In this document: positions 23,961 through 33,776 of the stretch, one piece after another
Numbering within the stretch: the first letter of the stretch is position 1
Layout of the letters: the number at the start of each line of letters is the position of its first letter
Source of the DNA: a virus
Taxonomy: Duplodnaviria > Caudoviricetes
DNA: 34,445 nt
IMG/VR virus record: IMGVR_UViG_3300042196_000194
Coordinates: 1 to 34,445 of that record
Reading direction: 5' to 3' (one strand)
Program-made: the position numbers and the translations under genes
The notes under the pieces: model-generated
What the model was told of the DNA's origin: nothing
Database searches by the model: none
Seen by the model: the letters and a program-made list of their open reading frames with translations, nothing else

Positions 23961-25313
23961 ATGACACTGGAAGATCTCATTAAGAAGGGCAATAAGCTTC
24001 ACAAGGGAGGAAAACTAGACGAGGCAGAAAAGATTTACAACGGCATCCTCAACAGACACCCAGACAACCCAGGAGTTCTCTTCTTATTGGGAACTCTCTA
24101 TCTCCAAAAGCGCTGCAACGGACTCGCCATCAACTTACTTGAGTCAGCCCTGTCTCGACAAGAGTTTTCAGAAGCCTTTAACAACTTAGGAAGCGCGTAT
24201 AAGGCTGAGAACTTTAACGACATGGCGCTCAGAGCCTTTCACCGTGCCCGCGAGCTCAATGAAAAAGATCCAGATGTCTGCAACAATCTCTCCACCATCT
24301 ACATAAACGAGGGGCAGCCAGCCCAGTGTATCGACTGGGCCGACGAGGCTATTAAGCTCGACTCTGATCACCCCAATGCACACTGGAACAGGGGTCTAGC
24401 GTACTTAGAGCTAGGAGAGTGGGAGAGGGGCTGGGAGGGCTACGAGTGGGGGTTTAAGTCCAAGGATCGTCTATCTCGAGACTATAAGACAGACACAAAT
24501 AACGCGACTCGTTGGGACGGTAGTCCGGGGAAGACAGTCGTAGTGTACGGAGAACAAGGAGTTGGAGACGAGATAATGTTCTCGTCGTGCATTCCAGACT
24601 TAATTTCTGTCTCGAAGAAGGTGATCTTTGACTGTCACCCGAGGATGGTTGCCCTCATGCGGAGATCCTTCAACGTCGAGTGCTACGGCACTAGAAAAGA
24701 GTCCAGCATTGACTGGATTAAATTTCCCATCGACAACTTCGTGGCGATTGGCTCTCTCCCGGGGTTCTTTAGAAAGAAGAGTGAGGACTTTCCCGGCACG
24801 CCGTATCTGTTAGCGGACTCCGTGCGCGTAGAGCACTTTCGCGAGAAGATTAGCGCAGTAAAGCCGGGACTTCGCGTGGGCGTCACCTGGACAGGAGGTC
24901 GGAAGAAGACGAGGATTGACCTAAGGAGCATTCCTATCGAGCAGTTAGAGCGGCTATTCAACATTCCTGGAACATCTTTTGTAAGTCTGCAGTACACGCC
25001 GGAGGCCGCAGCGGAGGCCGAAAAGTTTGACCTTCCTCACTGGCAAGATGTGATCAACGACCTCGACGAGTTGACGGCGCTCACAAAGGCGTGCGACTTA
25101 GTCATCTCAGTCTGTCAGACTCAAGTGCACATGGCGGGGGCCCTGGGAGTTTCTTGTCTGTGTCTTACTCCGAGCAGACCGGCATGGAGATACGGCATGT
25201 TTGGAAACATGCCTTGGTACGGTAGCGTGACAAACATTCGTCAAGAGAGCGACGGGGACTGGGCAGGAGTTATAGAGGCGGCGGCAGCTAGACTGTTGGA
25301 ACTTACGAAGTAA
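23961..25313 (+). CDS. TPR-repeat protein with C-terminal GT-B (GT9-like) glycosyltransferase domain
   Basis: TPR motifs (AFNNLGSAY, AHWNRGLAYL), EQGVGDEIMF, RVGVTW, FVSLQY, CDLVISV..HMAGALG, WRY..PWY. Confidence 0.85.
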   Translation: MTLEDLIKKGNKLHKGGKLDEAEKIYNGILNRHPDNPGVLFLLGTLYLQKRCNGLAINLLESALSRQEFSEAFNNLGSAYKAENFNDMALRAFHRARELNEKDPDVCNNLSTIYINEGQPAQCIDWADEAIKLDSDHPNAHWNRGLAYLELGEWERGWEGYEWGFKSKDRLSRDYKTDTNNATRWDGSPGKTVVVYGEQGVGDEIMFSSCIPDLISVSKKVIFDCHPRMVALMRRSFNVECYGTRKESSIDWIKFPIDNFVAIGSLPGFFRKKSEDFPGTPYLLADSVRVEHFREKISAVKPGLRVGVTWTGGRKKTRIDLRSIPIEQLERLFNIPGTSFVSLQYTPEAAAEAEKFDLPHWQDVINDLDELTALTKACDLVISVCQTQVHMAGALGVSCLCLTPSRPAWRYGMFGNMPWYGSVTNIRQESDGDWAGVIEAAAARLLELTK

Positions 25314-25352
25314 GATAAGAGCATACGACTATAGCGGTGATGGAGAAACGCA

Positions 25353-26339
25353 ATGACACGAGTACTAGTCACAGGAGGTGCGGGATTCATTGGGCACCAC
25401 CTAATCGAATGTCTTCTTAAGAACACAGACTGGGATATAGTAGTTTGGGACAAACTCAACTACTCAGGCCGCTTAGACAGACTTCGTGATGTTTCAGCAT
25501 TTAACGAGAGTAGGGTGCTTATACTAACCTGTGACTTCGCCAGTAAGATGAGCGAGGGTATCGTTAGAGAGACAGGCGACGTAAACTATATAATCCACCT
25601 AGGCGCAGAGAGTCACGTTGACCGTTCGATCTCAGACCCAGAGCCGTTTGTCGTGTCTAACGTACTTGGCACTATGAACGTTCTAAACTATGCCCGTGAC
25701 AACTTATCTAACTTAAAGTGTTTTTACTTTTTCTCTACCGACGAGGTATTTGGCCCCGCTCCAGACGGCGTGAACTACTGTGAAGGAGATCCTCACAACC
25801 CGTCTAACCCCTATGCCGCCACCAAGTCAGGCGCAGAGATGCTCGTCAAGTCGTACAGAAACACGTATAAGTTGCCGGCAGTCATAACGAGAACTATGAA
25901 CGTCTTTGGCGAGAGGCAACACGCTGAAAAATACATTCCAACTGTGATTAAAAAGGTACTTCGGGGTGAGAAGGTGACCATTCACGCTGACTCTACTAAG
26001 ACACGGGCGGGCAGCAGATACTATATTCACGCTAGGAACGTGTCTGACGGGCTCCTATTTCTAGTGAGTAAAAACTCTGTGGGAGAAGACTATCACATCG
26101 TCGGTGAAAAGGAGGTAGATAACCTCTCCCTGGCGCGTTTGATAGCAGATATCTTAGGCAAGTCCTTAGACTTTGAGCTTGTGGACTTCCACAGTTCACG
26201 CCCAGGCCATGATCTTCGCTACGCTCTCAGCGGTGAAAAGCTTAGAGAGTTCGGCTGGGTGCCCCCAAAGAACTTTGAGGAGAGTCTCGAAAAGACGGTG
26301 TACTGGACCCTCGAAAATTCACGTTGGTTGGAGATGTAG
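25353..26339 (+). CDS. rfbB: NDP-sugar 4,6-dehydratase (dTDP-glucose 4,6-dehydratase-like SDR)
   Basis: GGAGFIG, AESHVDRSI, STDEVFG, PSNPYAATK (YxxxK), RPGHDLRY. Confidence 0.88.
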   Translation: MTRVLVTGGAGFIGHHLIECLLKNTDWDIVVWDKLNYSGRLDRLRDVSAFNESRVLILTCDFASKMSEGIVRETGDVNYIIHLGAESHVDRSISDPEPFVVSNVLGTMNVLNYARDNLSNLKCFYFFSTDEVFGPAPDGVNYCEGDPHNPSNPYAATKSGAEMLVKSYRNTYKLPAVITRTMNVFGERQHAEKYIPTVIKKVLRGEKVTIHADSTKTRAGSRYYIHARNVSDGLLFLVSKNSVGEDYHIVGEKEVDNLSLARLIADILGKSLDFELVDFHSSRPGHDLRYALSGEKLREFGWVPPKNFEESLEKTVYWTLENSRWLEM

Positions 26340-26341
26340 CT

Positions 26342-27211
26342 GTGAAGATTAGTTACGTCTGTCACACCGGACTGAGCGTGGCTTCCACTAGGTATAGGAT
26401 TGTCATTCCCGCAAACGGTCTGAACAAGTTAGGACATCACGTTACCGTAGGTCCTCCCGACTTAGATGCTGATGTTGTCGTGTTTAGTAAGCACTTTTCC
26501 CAAGACGATCCTGACCTCGCTAGGAGAGCAAGGGGACGAGTGGCGTTTGACATCTGCGATGATCACTTCGACACTAAGTTTCGAGATCACTACACAACGA
26601 TGATTGACCTAGCTAGTACGATTACGTGTTCTACGGAGACCTTGAGAAGTAGAATTGCAGAGCGCACGGGACGTGAGGCAAACGTCATACCAGATCCGTA
26701 TGAATTTCCAGAGCAAGAGCCAAGTTTTTCTCCGGGGAACGTTCCTCGTCTGCTCTGGTTTGGACACGTCATTAACGTCGGCACGCTACGGCCTCTGATG
26801 CCGAGGTTAGAGCACTGCAAACTGACAATCATCACTAACGGTGACCTCTCTGCTCCTCGCGCTGGAGTGGAGGTTGTTAAGTGGAGTCCTCAGTCTATGC
26901 TAGTAGGCTTTAGACACTGCGACATGGTGATCATACCTAGTAATCTAGAGGAACATCGGACGCGAGTTAAGAGTACGAACAGAATTGTCGAGTCAATAAG
27001 ACAGGGAAAGTTTGTAAGTGCTAGTAAGCTGCCCTCATATGAACAGTTTTCTCCTTGGATGCACATCGGAGACGTGATCGAGGGTGTAGAGTGGGCACTG
27101 AGTAATCCTAGTGAAATTGTCGGTAGAGTCAAAGACGCACAGGGCTACGTTAAGACTAAGTTTTCTCCGAAAATAATCGCAAACCTCTGGGAGGAGGCCC
27201 TGTCGGCGTGA
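26342..27211 (+). CDS. putative GT-B glycosyltransferase
   Basis: ASTRYR, FDICDDHF, LLWFG, KSTNRIVESI. Confidence 0.7.
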   Translation: MKISYVCHTGLSVASTRYRIVIPANGLNKLGHHVTVGPPDLDADVVVFSKHFSQDDPDLARRARGRVAFDICDDHFDTKFRDHYTTMIDLASTITCSTETLRSRIAERTGREANVIPDPYEFPEQEPSFSPGNVPRLLWFGHVINVGTLRPLMPRLEHCKLTIITNGDLSAPRAGVEVVKWSPQSMLVGFRHCDMVIIPSNLEEHRTRVKSTNRIVESIRQGKFVSASKLPSYEQFSPWMHIGDVIEGVEWALSNPSEIVGRVKDAQGYVKTKFSPKIIANLWEEALSA

Positions 27212-27714
27212 AGTTGAACATTGGGTGCGGAGATAAGTATCTAGATGGCTACGTAAACGTAGACGTCGTAGAGAGTCGTAGGGGTGTTAGGCCAGACATA
27301 ATCTGCGACGTAACAACTTTAGATAAGTTTGATGATAGCACAGCAGACGAGATACTGGCAGTACACCTAGTAGAGCACTTTTACCGCTGGGAAATAGATG
27401 ACATCCTCAGGAGCTGGGTGCGGGTACTCAAGCCAGGAGGGACAGTGATAGTCGAGTGCCCTAACTTGTCTAAGGCAGTCTATAACTTCATAGTAGACCC
27501 CGAAAACGAGAGCATGTCCATGTGGGCATTTTACGGTGATCCGCGCTGGAAGGACCCACTAATGTGTCACAAGTGGGCGTATACACCACAAACTTTGGCT
27601 CAACTGTTAGCTGATGTAGGACTGGTGAACATTAGGCGAGAACCCGCTCAGTTCAAGAAGCGTGAGCTTAGGGACATGAGAATCCTCGGTGATAGGCGAG
27701 GAGAGAGTAGTTGA
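27208..27714 (+). CDS. class I SAM-dependent methyltransferase
   Basis: KLNIGCG..GYVNVD, HLVEH, RVLKPGG..ECPN. Confidence 0.88.
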   Translation: MKLNIGCGDKYLDGYVNVDVVESRRGVRPDIICDVTTLDKFDDSTADEILAVHLVEHFYRWEIDDILRSWVRVLKPGGTVIVECPNLSKAVYNFIVDPENESMSMWAFYGDPRWKDPLMCHKWAYTPQTLAQLLADVGLVNIRREPAQFKKRELRDMRILGDRRGESS

Positions 27715-28460
27715 GCGATCTTAGGCACATCTTTATCGGCTGGGACGCCAGAGAGCAAGAAGCATACGAGGTGTGTAAGAGCTCAATTCTTAGACACTCT
27801 AGTGTTCCTGTAGAAATAATCCCGATAAAGGAGTCACTCCTGCGTCGAGTTGGGCTATACGACAGACACTGGTACATAAACGGAGATGGTCAGTGGGTAG
27901 ACTCTATTGATCTAAGACCGTTTAGCACTGAATTTTCGTTCACGAGGTTCTTTACACCCCTGTTGGCGTCGTTAATAGGAACACACAGGTGGGTACTATT
28001 CTGTGACTGTGACTTTGTCTTTCAGTCAGATGTAGCTGAGTTATTTAGAGTTGCCAGTGATCGCTATGCTGTAATGTGCACTAAGCATCAGCACGTTCCT
28101 CTAGAGAAGCGAAAGATGGATGACCGTGCTCAGACTAAGTATCGTAGGAAAAACTGGTCCAGTTGTGTTCTCTGGAATAGATTTCATCCTGAGAACAGAG
28201 CTCTTACAACTGAGGGCATAAACAGAGAGCCTGGACTCTGGCTTCACACGTTTTCCTGGCTTCAAGACTCGCTCATAGGCGACATTCCGCTCGACTGGAA
28301 CTTTCTCGTCGGCTACAGCCACTATGATAAGACGAGGCCTCCAAAGGCTCTGCACTACACTCTAGGTACTCCCAACATGCCTGGGTTAGAAAACACGGTG
28401 TTTTCTAACGTTTGGTGGAACGAACTAGCTCGACTTCGAGGGGATAACACCGGTTCTTAA
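27711..28460 (+). CDS. GT-A (GT8-like) glycosyltransferase
   Basis: IFIGWD.RE, STEFSFTRF, FCDCD (DxD), RKNWSS, WNFLVG, HYTLGTP. Confidence 0.85.
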   Translation: MSDLRHIFIGWDAREQEAYEVCKSSILRHSSVPVEIIPIKESLLRRVGLYDRHWYINGDGQWVDSIDLRPFSTEFSFTRFFTPLLASLIGTHRWVLFCDCDFVFQSDVAELFRVASDRYAVMCTKHQHVPLEKRKMDDRAQTKYRRKNWSSCVLWNRFHPENRALTTEGINREPGLWLHTFSWLQDSLIGDIPLDWNFLVGYSHYDKTRPPKALHYTLGTPNMPGLENTVFSNVWWNELARLRGDNTGS

Positions 28461-28547
28461 GTTAACTCTAACCTACGAGTTGCAGTAGCTCGTGATTTCC
28501 CATAAAATAGCGCCACTATAGATGTTTCATCTGGAGGTACGCGTACC

Positions 28548-28703
28548 ATGGCAGAGAAGAAGTACGAGTCTACGGACAAGGCAGGGACTGACAGTCGTGA
28601 CTCTAACTATAAGCACGGCTTCGAGGACACTCGCGCCGTCACAGAGACTGACGCGCCGGGTCAAGACGACGTCAAGACTAGCGGCGGAAAGTCCTACAAG
28701 TAA
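28548..28703 (+). CDS. small hydrophilic protein (51 aa, not in ORF track)
   Basis: GGAGG RBS; MAEKKYESTDKAG..GGKSYK; followed by a 13-bp hairpin. Confidence 0.6.
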   Translation: MAEKKYESTDKAGTDSRDSNYKHGFEDTRAVTETDAPGQDDVKTSGGKSYK

Positions 28704-28728
28704 AGTCTCGAAGTTTGCGGGGCCTAGA

Positions 28729-28762
28729 GGGGAGGGCAACGTTTAACTGCGTTGCCCTCCCC
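28729..28762 (+). terminator. stable hairpin (terminator or processing site)
   Basis: GGGGAGGGCAACG/CGTTGCCCTCCCC; no U-tract. Confidence 0.5.
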
Positions 28763-28782
28763 ATCGTCGTGGAGGATAGTGC

Positions 28783-29004
28783 GTGACAGTTACCTCGCCC
28801 ACGGGAAGAAGGAGAAGTATTATCTCTGGGCGCTCTAGTGGTGTAGAGCCAGCAGCAGATGTGACTCCATCTAAGATTGAGTTTCTAAAGTTATCGCAGG
28901 GTAAGTCTTGTGGCTGGTGTGGAGAGAGCTTTAACAACTTTTTAGATATGAGAGAGCACGAGCTTAAGTGTGAGAGCAGACCGGACGATAAAGGTGAAGT
29001 ATGA
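28783..29004 (+). CDS. small zinc-finger-like protein
   Basis: GGAGG RBS; CGWC-x12-HELKC. Confidence 0.55.
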   Translation: MTVTSPTGRRRSIISGRSSGVEPAADVTPSKIEFLKLSQGKSCGWCGESFNNFLDMREHELKCESRPDDKGEV

Positions 29005-29618
29005 GCACCTATGGGGCTATGCAGACCCGAATCGCCGACGAGATAGTTCGCTCTGACCTAACGACTCAGATACAAAAGGCAATCTTAACTGCGATAGTTC
29101 ACTACGCACGTGAGCGCCTGTGGTTTAACGAGTCTAGGGCACAACTTGACACCGTCAACGGTCAAGAATACTACGGTCTTCCTACTGACTTCGTGGACGA
29201 GGACTCGCTAACTATTGAGATTAACAGTGGGCGCACGTACCCTCTAGTTCCTAGGTCCTGGCAGTTTATCGAAGACGTGAACTTTGCCGGAAGTACCTTG
29301 ACTAGCTATCCACAAGACTACACCATTTTTGCGGGTCAGATTAGACTCTACCCCGTGCCTAACGGCGTATATACGCTCTTCATAGCGTATGTTAGATCAT
29401 TCGACGCGTTGTCCGCCGCGGGCGACACAAACTCCTGGATGACGGACGGCGAGGAACTCATCAGGTCACGGGCAAAGTGGGACTTATTCAACAACGTAAT
29501 TCGCGAGTTCAGTGAGGCGCAGACTATGAAGCTCCAAGAGATTGAGGCCTTAAAGTCTATCAGGCGGAGATCTGCTCTTCAACTATCCACCGGAAGACTT
29601 CGACCTACTACTTTTTAA
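29001..29618 (+). CDS. head-tail adaptor/connector protein
   Basis: MSTYGAMQTRIADE..RLWFNE..GQEYYGLPTDF..IRLYPVP; podovirus adaptor position. Confidence 0.75.
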   Translation: MSTYGAMQTRIADEIVRSDLTTQIQKAILTAIVHYARERLWFNESRAQLDTVNGQEYYGLPTDFVDEDSLTIEINSGRTYPLVPRSWQFIEDVNFAGSTLTSYPQDYTIFAGQIRLYPVPNGVYTLFIAYVRSFDALSAAGDTNSWMTDGEELIRSRAKWDLFNNVIREFSEAQTMKLQEIEALKSIRRRSALQLSTGRLRPTTF

Positions 29619-29650
29619 GACACCGATCACAGGTGATCAGGTAGGCACTA

Positions 29651-30940
29651 GTGGCAGTTCCCACACTCAGCAACTTCCAGTCAGACGCGACCACAGCCAC
29701 GGGTAATCCCGCAATTAGCTTTATCGGGTACACGCCGACGGCCGGTGCGAAGAAGCTTTTTGCCGCACTGTCAATCGCCAACTCCGGAACGACAGCACAG
29801 CAAACTACGGGGATGACGTACGACGGTAACGCGATGACTTTGGTCGCCCGGGACTTCTCCGTGGCGGGTAGTAACTTTTCCGGTGTTGAGTGGTACCAGT
29901 TAGACAATCCTCTGGATCTAGCCGCCTCCGGAGATGTCGTGCCAGCTGGCGTGCCAGATACGTCACTAGTCGCCAGTGGCATTGCGGTCTGGACAGGACT
30001 CAACTTCAAGGACGGCGGCCCTGACGACGTATCGACCACCACAACGGAGAGTAGCTCGACGACGATCGAGGACACGGTCACACCGACTGACGACGACAGC
30101 ATTGTAATTTCAGTCGTGTCAGTAACTGGCACTCCGACCTTAGTCGCAACATCTCCACACTCAGAAGACATTCAAGTCGACCCTAACTTCGCCGGTATGG
30201 CGATAGGTCACACGGACGTAGCAGGTTCTCCGGCAGCGACGACGTGCGAGTGGACCATGGGTTCGTCACAGAGTCGCGAGGTGTTACTGACAGCCGCCTT
30301 TGGTCCGGTCGCCGCTGACACTCTCGTCACAGTTAGTCCAGGAGTAGGTGTTGTCCTCGTCTTAGGTTTGGCGCCCGCCGTAGTAGCGAGGATTATTAAG
30401 AGCGCTGGTCCCGGGGTAGGTGTTGTCCTCGTCTCTGGCCTCGCGCCGTCTGTAACGACTCAACTGACAAAGCTAGAGAGTCCTGGAGTAGGTACCGTTC
30501 TAGTCTCAGGTCTTACTCCGTCACTGTCAATAGTCAGCGGCACGCTCGTCAGTCCCGGCGTAGGCACCGTCCTCGTCTCCGGCCTGACGCCTACGATTGC
30601 CAGGAGATTTACCGCCGTACTAGACCCCGGCGTAGGCACCGTCCTCGTCTCCGGCCTGACGCCCGTCGTAGTAGCGAGGATTATTAAGAGCACTAGTCCC
30701 GGCGTGGGCACCGTCCTCGTCTCCGGCCTGACACCCGTCGTAGTAGCGAGGATTATTAAGAGCACTGGCCCCGGCGTGGGCACCGTAGAGTTTTACTCTT
30801 CGACGGTCGTCTTGGACAGGCTACTGACTGACTGGGCCTCACTTCCCGGTGCGGGAGGCTCCTGGACTACTGTGACCCCACAGTCTAACTCGTGGTCTCT
30901 AGTCTCGTCTCAGTCGAACTCGTGGACTCGAATCGTGTAA
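29651..30940 (+). CDS. Ser/Thr/Val-rich virion fibre-like protein with ~24-aa repeats
   Basis: N-terminal beta-rich domain, then 7 copies of PGVG(T/V)V. Confidence 0.7.
   Translation: MAVPTLSNFQSDATTATGNPAISFIGYTPTAGAKKLFAALSIANSGTTAQQTTGMTYDGNAMTLVARDFSVAGSNFSGVEWYQLDNPLDLAASGDVVPAGVPDTSLVASGIAVWTGLNFKDGGPDDVSTTTTESSSTTIEDTVTPTDDDSIVISVVSVTGTPTLVATSPHSEDIQVDPNFAGMAIGHTDVAGSPAATTCEWTMGSSQSREVLLTAAFGPVAADTLVTVSPGVGVVLVLGLAPAVVARIIKSAGPGVGVVLVSGLAPSVTTQLTKLESPGVGTVLVSGLTPSLSIVSGTLVSPGVGTVLVSGLTPTIARRFTAVLDPGVGTVLVSGLTPVVVARIIKSTSPGVGTVLVSGLTPVVVARIIKSTGPGVGTVEFYSSTVVLDRLLTDWASLPGAGGSWTTVTPQSNSWSLVSSQSNSWTRIV
30335..30790 (+). repeat. ~72-bp coding repeats (PGVGTVLVSGLTP)
   Basis: near-identical units 72 bp apart at 30668 and 30740. 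Confidence 0.85.
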
Positions 30941-30991
30941 GTGATTAAAATGAACACACGCATTGTGAACATCTCTCTAGGAGCTTAGGGC

Positions 30992-31453
30992 ATGGCCGTA
31001 GGAAACTTTTCCGCGTATGACAAGGCGATGGAGTACATCGTGATCAACACGGTCGACCTAGACGGCGACACGTTTATGGTGATGTATCTCAACGACACGT
31101 ACACCCCGAACACGGCGAGCGACAGCGCCGTCACAAATCTTCTCTCCGCTGAGATTAGCGCGTCTGACGGAACGAGCCTTCGGCAAACTCTCTCTAGTGT
31201 GACCGTTACTTTGACGACATCAAGTGGCTCGTCCGTGGTGAAGTGGGACGCCGCCGACGTCACCATGTCGACGAGTTCAACGGTAAAGGTGCGCTACGTG
31301 GCGATCTACGATGATCTCCAAGCTTCGACTACTAACACAGACTCGAAGGTCATCTGTCTGTCTGAGCTTACCTCGACGGGCACGGGCGTGCCCGCCACTC
31401 AGCTCACCGTTCAGTTTTCCTCCTCCGGCATTCTTAAGTTTAAGAGAGGCTAG
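30992..31453 (+). CDS. putative virion structural protein
   Basis: VDLDGDTF, VKWDAADVT, RYVAIYDD, LTVQFSSSGI; adjacent to the fibre-like gene. Confidence 0.65.
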   Translation: MAVGNFSAYDKAMEYIVINTVDLDGDTFMVMYLNDTYTPNTASDSAVTNLLSAEISASDGTSLRQTLSSVTVTLTTSSGSSVVKWDAADVTMSTSSTVKVRYVAIYDDLQASTTNTDSKVICLSELTSTGTGVPATQLTVQFSSSGILKFKRG

Positions 31454-32940
31454 TGATCCCGTTCGCCGAGTGGCTGCCAGACCAACCTGAGTTTAACAAC
31501 CCAGGTTCTACGGTCATTAAGAACGTCATTCCAGCGGCGGTTAGCTATAAGCCTGTGAAGGGTCTAGCAGTTCAGTCGAACGCGCTAGACTCCCCGTGTC
31601 TCGGAGCCGTCTCCGGCATTGACACGTCCGGAAACGTCAACATCTACGCCGGAGACTCGAGTCAGCTCTACAAGTTTAGCGCAGATACATTTTCAGACGC
31701 CTCAAGATCCGGTACAGCTTCTACGGCGTACAGCGTCGGAGCGAATGAAAACTGGGAGTTTGCACAGTTTGGGAACGTAATGACGGCAACCCACGTAGAT
31801 GATCCGGTGCAGTCAATTACGATGGGAGGGACAAACTTTGCAGACTTAATCGTCAGCACTCTCAAGCCTCAGGCGCGCCACGTGACAGTCATTAAAAACT
31901 TTTTAGTCTTAGGTAACACACGTGAGAGCGGAACTAACTACCCTCAGCGCGTGAGATGGAGTGCCCTAGACGACGCCTCAGACTTCGACGCATCACAGTC
32001 TACCCAGTCTGACTTTCAAGATCTCTACGGCGAGGGGGGCTGGGTGATGAAGGTCGTGGGTGGCGAGTCTGGTCTCATCTTTCAAGAACGCGCCATCTGG
32101 AGAATGACATACATTGGCTCGCCGTTTGTCTTTCAGTTTGACCAAGTAGAGATAAACAGAGGAACGATCGCTAAGAACTCTGTAGCGCGTTACGGTACGA
32201 AGATCTACTTTCTGGCGGAGGACGGATTTTTTGCCATTAACACGCTCGGGGGAGAGTCTCAGGCCATCGGCAAGGAGCGCGTGGACGAGTACTTCTTCAA
32301 TGACTTTGACCCGACGTATCCTCACAAAGTTGTCGGAGTAGTTGATCCTGAAAACAGCGTTATCTGGTGGGCCTACCCAGGCCCCGCTAATAATGACGGA
32401 ACGCCAAACAGGTTGCTCCTATATAACTGGGTAGTCAACAGGTGGAGTCGGGCAGACATTGACGTACAGTGGCTGTTTCGCACGGCGCGCACCGGCGTAA
32501 CACTAGATGATCTAGACACGACATCGTCGAGCATAGACTCGCTGGTGTTTTCTCTCGACAGCCGCATCTGGGCTGGCGACCCACTCCAGGTACTCGCTGG
32601 GTTTGACACCTCAAATAAGCTAGGTCACTTTTCTGGATCCGCGCTAGCGTCTACTCTCGAGACCTCTGAGGTTCAGCTATTTCCCGGCCGTCGCGCGTTT
32701 GTTAGCTTGCTTCGTCCCTACGTGGAAGGAGAGTCCGTGGTGCCAACAGTTCAAGTTGGAATGCGTGATAAGCACACGGACTCTGTGTCGTATGGCTCCG
32801 CCGTGTCTCTGGACTCTCTCGGGGAGGCTGCGGTGCGCTCCAACGGTAGGTTTACTAGGTTCCGTGTCAACACTACGGGAACATTTGAGCACGCTCAGGG
32901 GATAGAGATCTTAGCGGCTACCCCGGTGGGTAAGAGGTAA
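31453..32940 (+). CDS. tail nozzle/DNA stabilization protein (P22 gp10-like)
   Basis: MIPFAEWLPDQP, RVRWSA, IFQERAIWRM, YFLAEDGFF; beta-propeller-like pattern. Confidence 0.78.
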   Translation: MIPFAEWLPDQPEFNNPGSTVIKNVIPAAVSYKPVKGLAVQSNALDSPCLGAVSGIDTSGNVNIYAGDSSQLYKFSADTFSDASRSGTASTAYSVGANENWEFAQFGNVMTATHVDDPVQSITMGGTNFADLIVSTLKPQARHVTVIKNFLVLGNTRESGTNYPQRVRWSALDDASDFDASQSTQSDFQDLYGEGGWVMKVVGGESGLIFQERAIWRMTYIGSPFVFQFDQVEINRGTIAKNSVARYGTKIYFLAEDGFFAINTLGGESQAIGKERVDEYFFNDFDPTYPHKVVGVVDPENSVIWWAYPGPANNDGTPNRLLLYNWVVNRWSRADIDVQWLFRTARTGVTLDDLDTTSSSIDSLVFSLDSRIWAGDPLQVLAGFDTSNKLGHFSGSALASTLETSEVQLFPGRRAFVSLLRPYVEGESVVPTVQVGMRDKHTDSVSYGSAVSLDSLGEAAVRSNGRFTRFRVNTTGTFEHAQGIEILAATPVGKR

Positions 32941-32945
32941 CTCCG

Positions 32946-33269
32946 GTGGCTGACATCAAGTATAAGGGTCTTCAGATCCCGAGTGCTACTACTCGAGAAA
33001 TTTCTAACGTAGTAAATCGGCTGCTCAACGGTAAGATCAACTCGACGGGAACACTGACACTCGACACTGGGACGGCCTCCACAGCTATCTCAGACATCAA
33101 CGTCACCGTCGGCAGTTACATAAACTTCATGCCTACCTCCGCCGATGCCGCTACGGAACTGGGGTCAGGCGCCATGTATGTGAGTTCACGTGACAAGGCA
33201 ACGTTTACAGTCTCCCACAGTACCAGCACCGCCAGCACTCGAACTTTCGTCTACGTCGTTCTCGCCTGA
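32946..33269 (+). CDS. putative tail protein
   Basis: REISNVVNRLLNGKINSTG followed by a beta-rich domain. Confidence 0.6.
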   Translation: MADIKYKGLQIPSATTREISNVVNRLLNGKINSTGTLTLDTGTASTAISDINVTVGSYINFMPTSADAATELGSGAMYVSSRDKATFTVSHSTSTASTRTFVYVVLA

Positions 33270-33687
33270 TGTCGAGATATTTGGAGTGCGCTACGATAAC
33301 GTTCCCGTAGTCTGGACAGATGTTCGCGACGGCGTTCAAGAGAGTCTCGATAGAGGCGAGGGGAGGATACTGGACGTGGACATTTACGAGGCCTTGCTTC
33401 AACGGCGCATGCAGCTGTTTATCGTCTATGCGGGGGGAAAGCAGATCGCCGTGTGTGTCACTGAGATTGCGAACTATCCTAGGACTCGGGTCATTCGAGT
33501 CGTTCTCGTGTCAGGAAGTCAGCGCGAGGTGTGGATAAAGAAGCTTCAAGAAGAGCTTGAGGCTTGGGGAAGAAAGATCGGAGCTACGTATCTAGAGATG
33601 CAAGGACGAGAGGGGTGGCGGAGAGTTCTTAAAGACTGGAGACTCAAGAGCGTACTGATGGAGAAGAGAATAGAGTCTGAGGCTTAA
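33190..33687 (+). CDS. GNAT-fold-like podophage morphogenesis protein
   Basis: VTEIANYP..LEAWGRKIGATYLEMQGREGWRRVL; start uncertain. Confidence 0.6.
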   Translation: MTRQRLQSPTVPAPPALELSSTSFSPDVEIFGVRYDNVPVVWTDVRDGVQESLDRGEGRILDVDIYEALLQRRMQLFIVYAGGKQIAVCVTEIANYPRTRVIRVVLVSGSQREVWIKKLQEELEAWGRKIGATYLEMQGREGWRRVLKDWRLKSVLMEKRIESEA

Positions 33688-33776
33688 GCTTACTAGTTGT
33701 CTTCGGTAGCTAGATTTTAATTCCACACGAGCTGTGTTAAAATGACTTCAACCTTAGGCGTGGAGGACACTGTCTC

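Noticed and set aside
28522-28746. 74-aa ORF from the track
   Set aside because: The alternative frame 28548..28703 has a GGAGG RBS and ends before the hairpin, so it is preferred.
30335-30790. Diversity-generating retroelement TR/VR pair
   Set aside because: The repeats are in-frame tandem coding units without adenine-specific differences, and there is no reverse transcriptase in the window.
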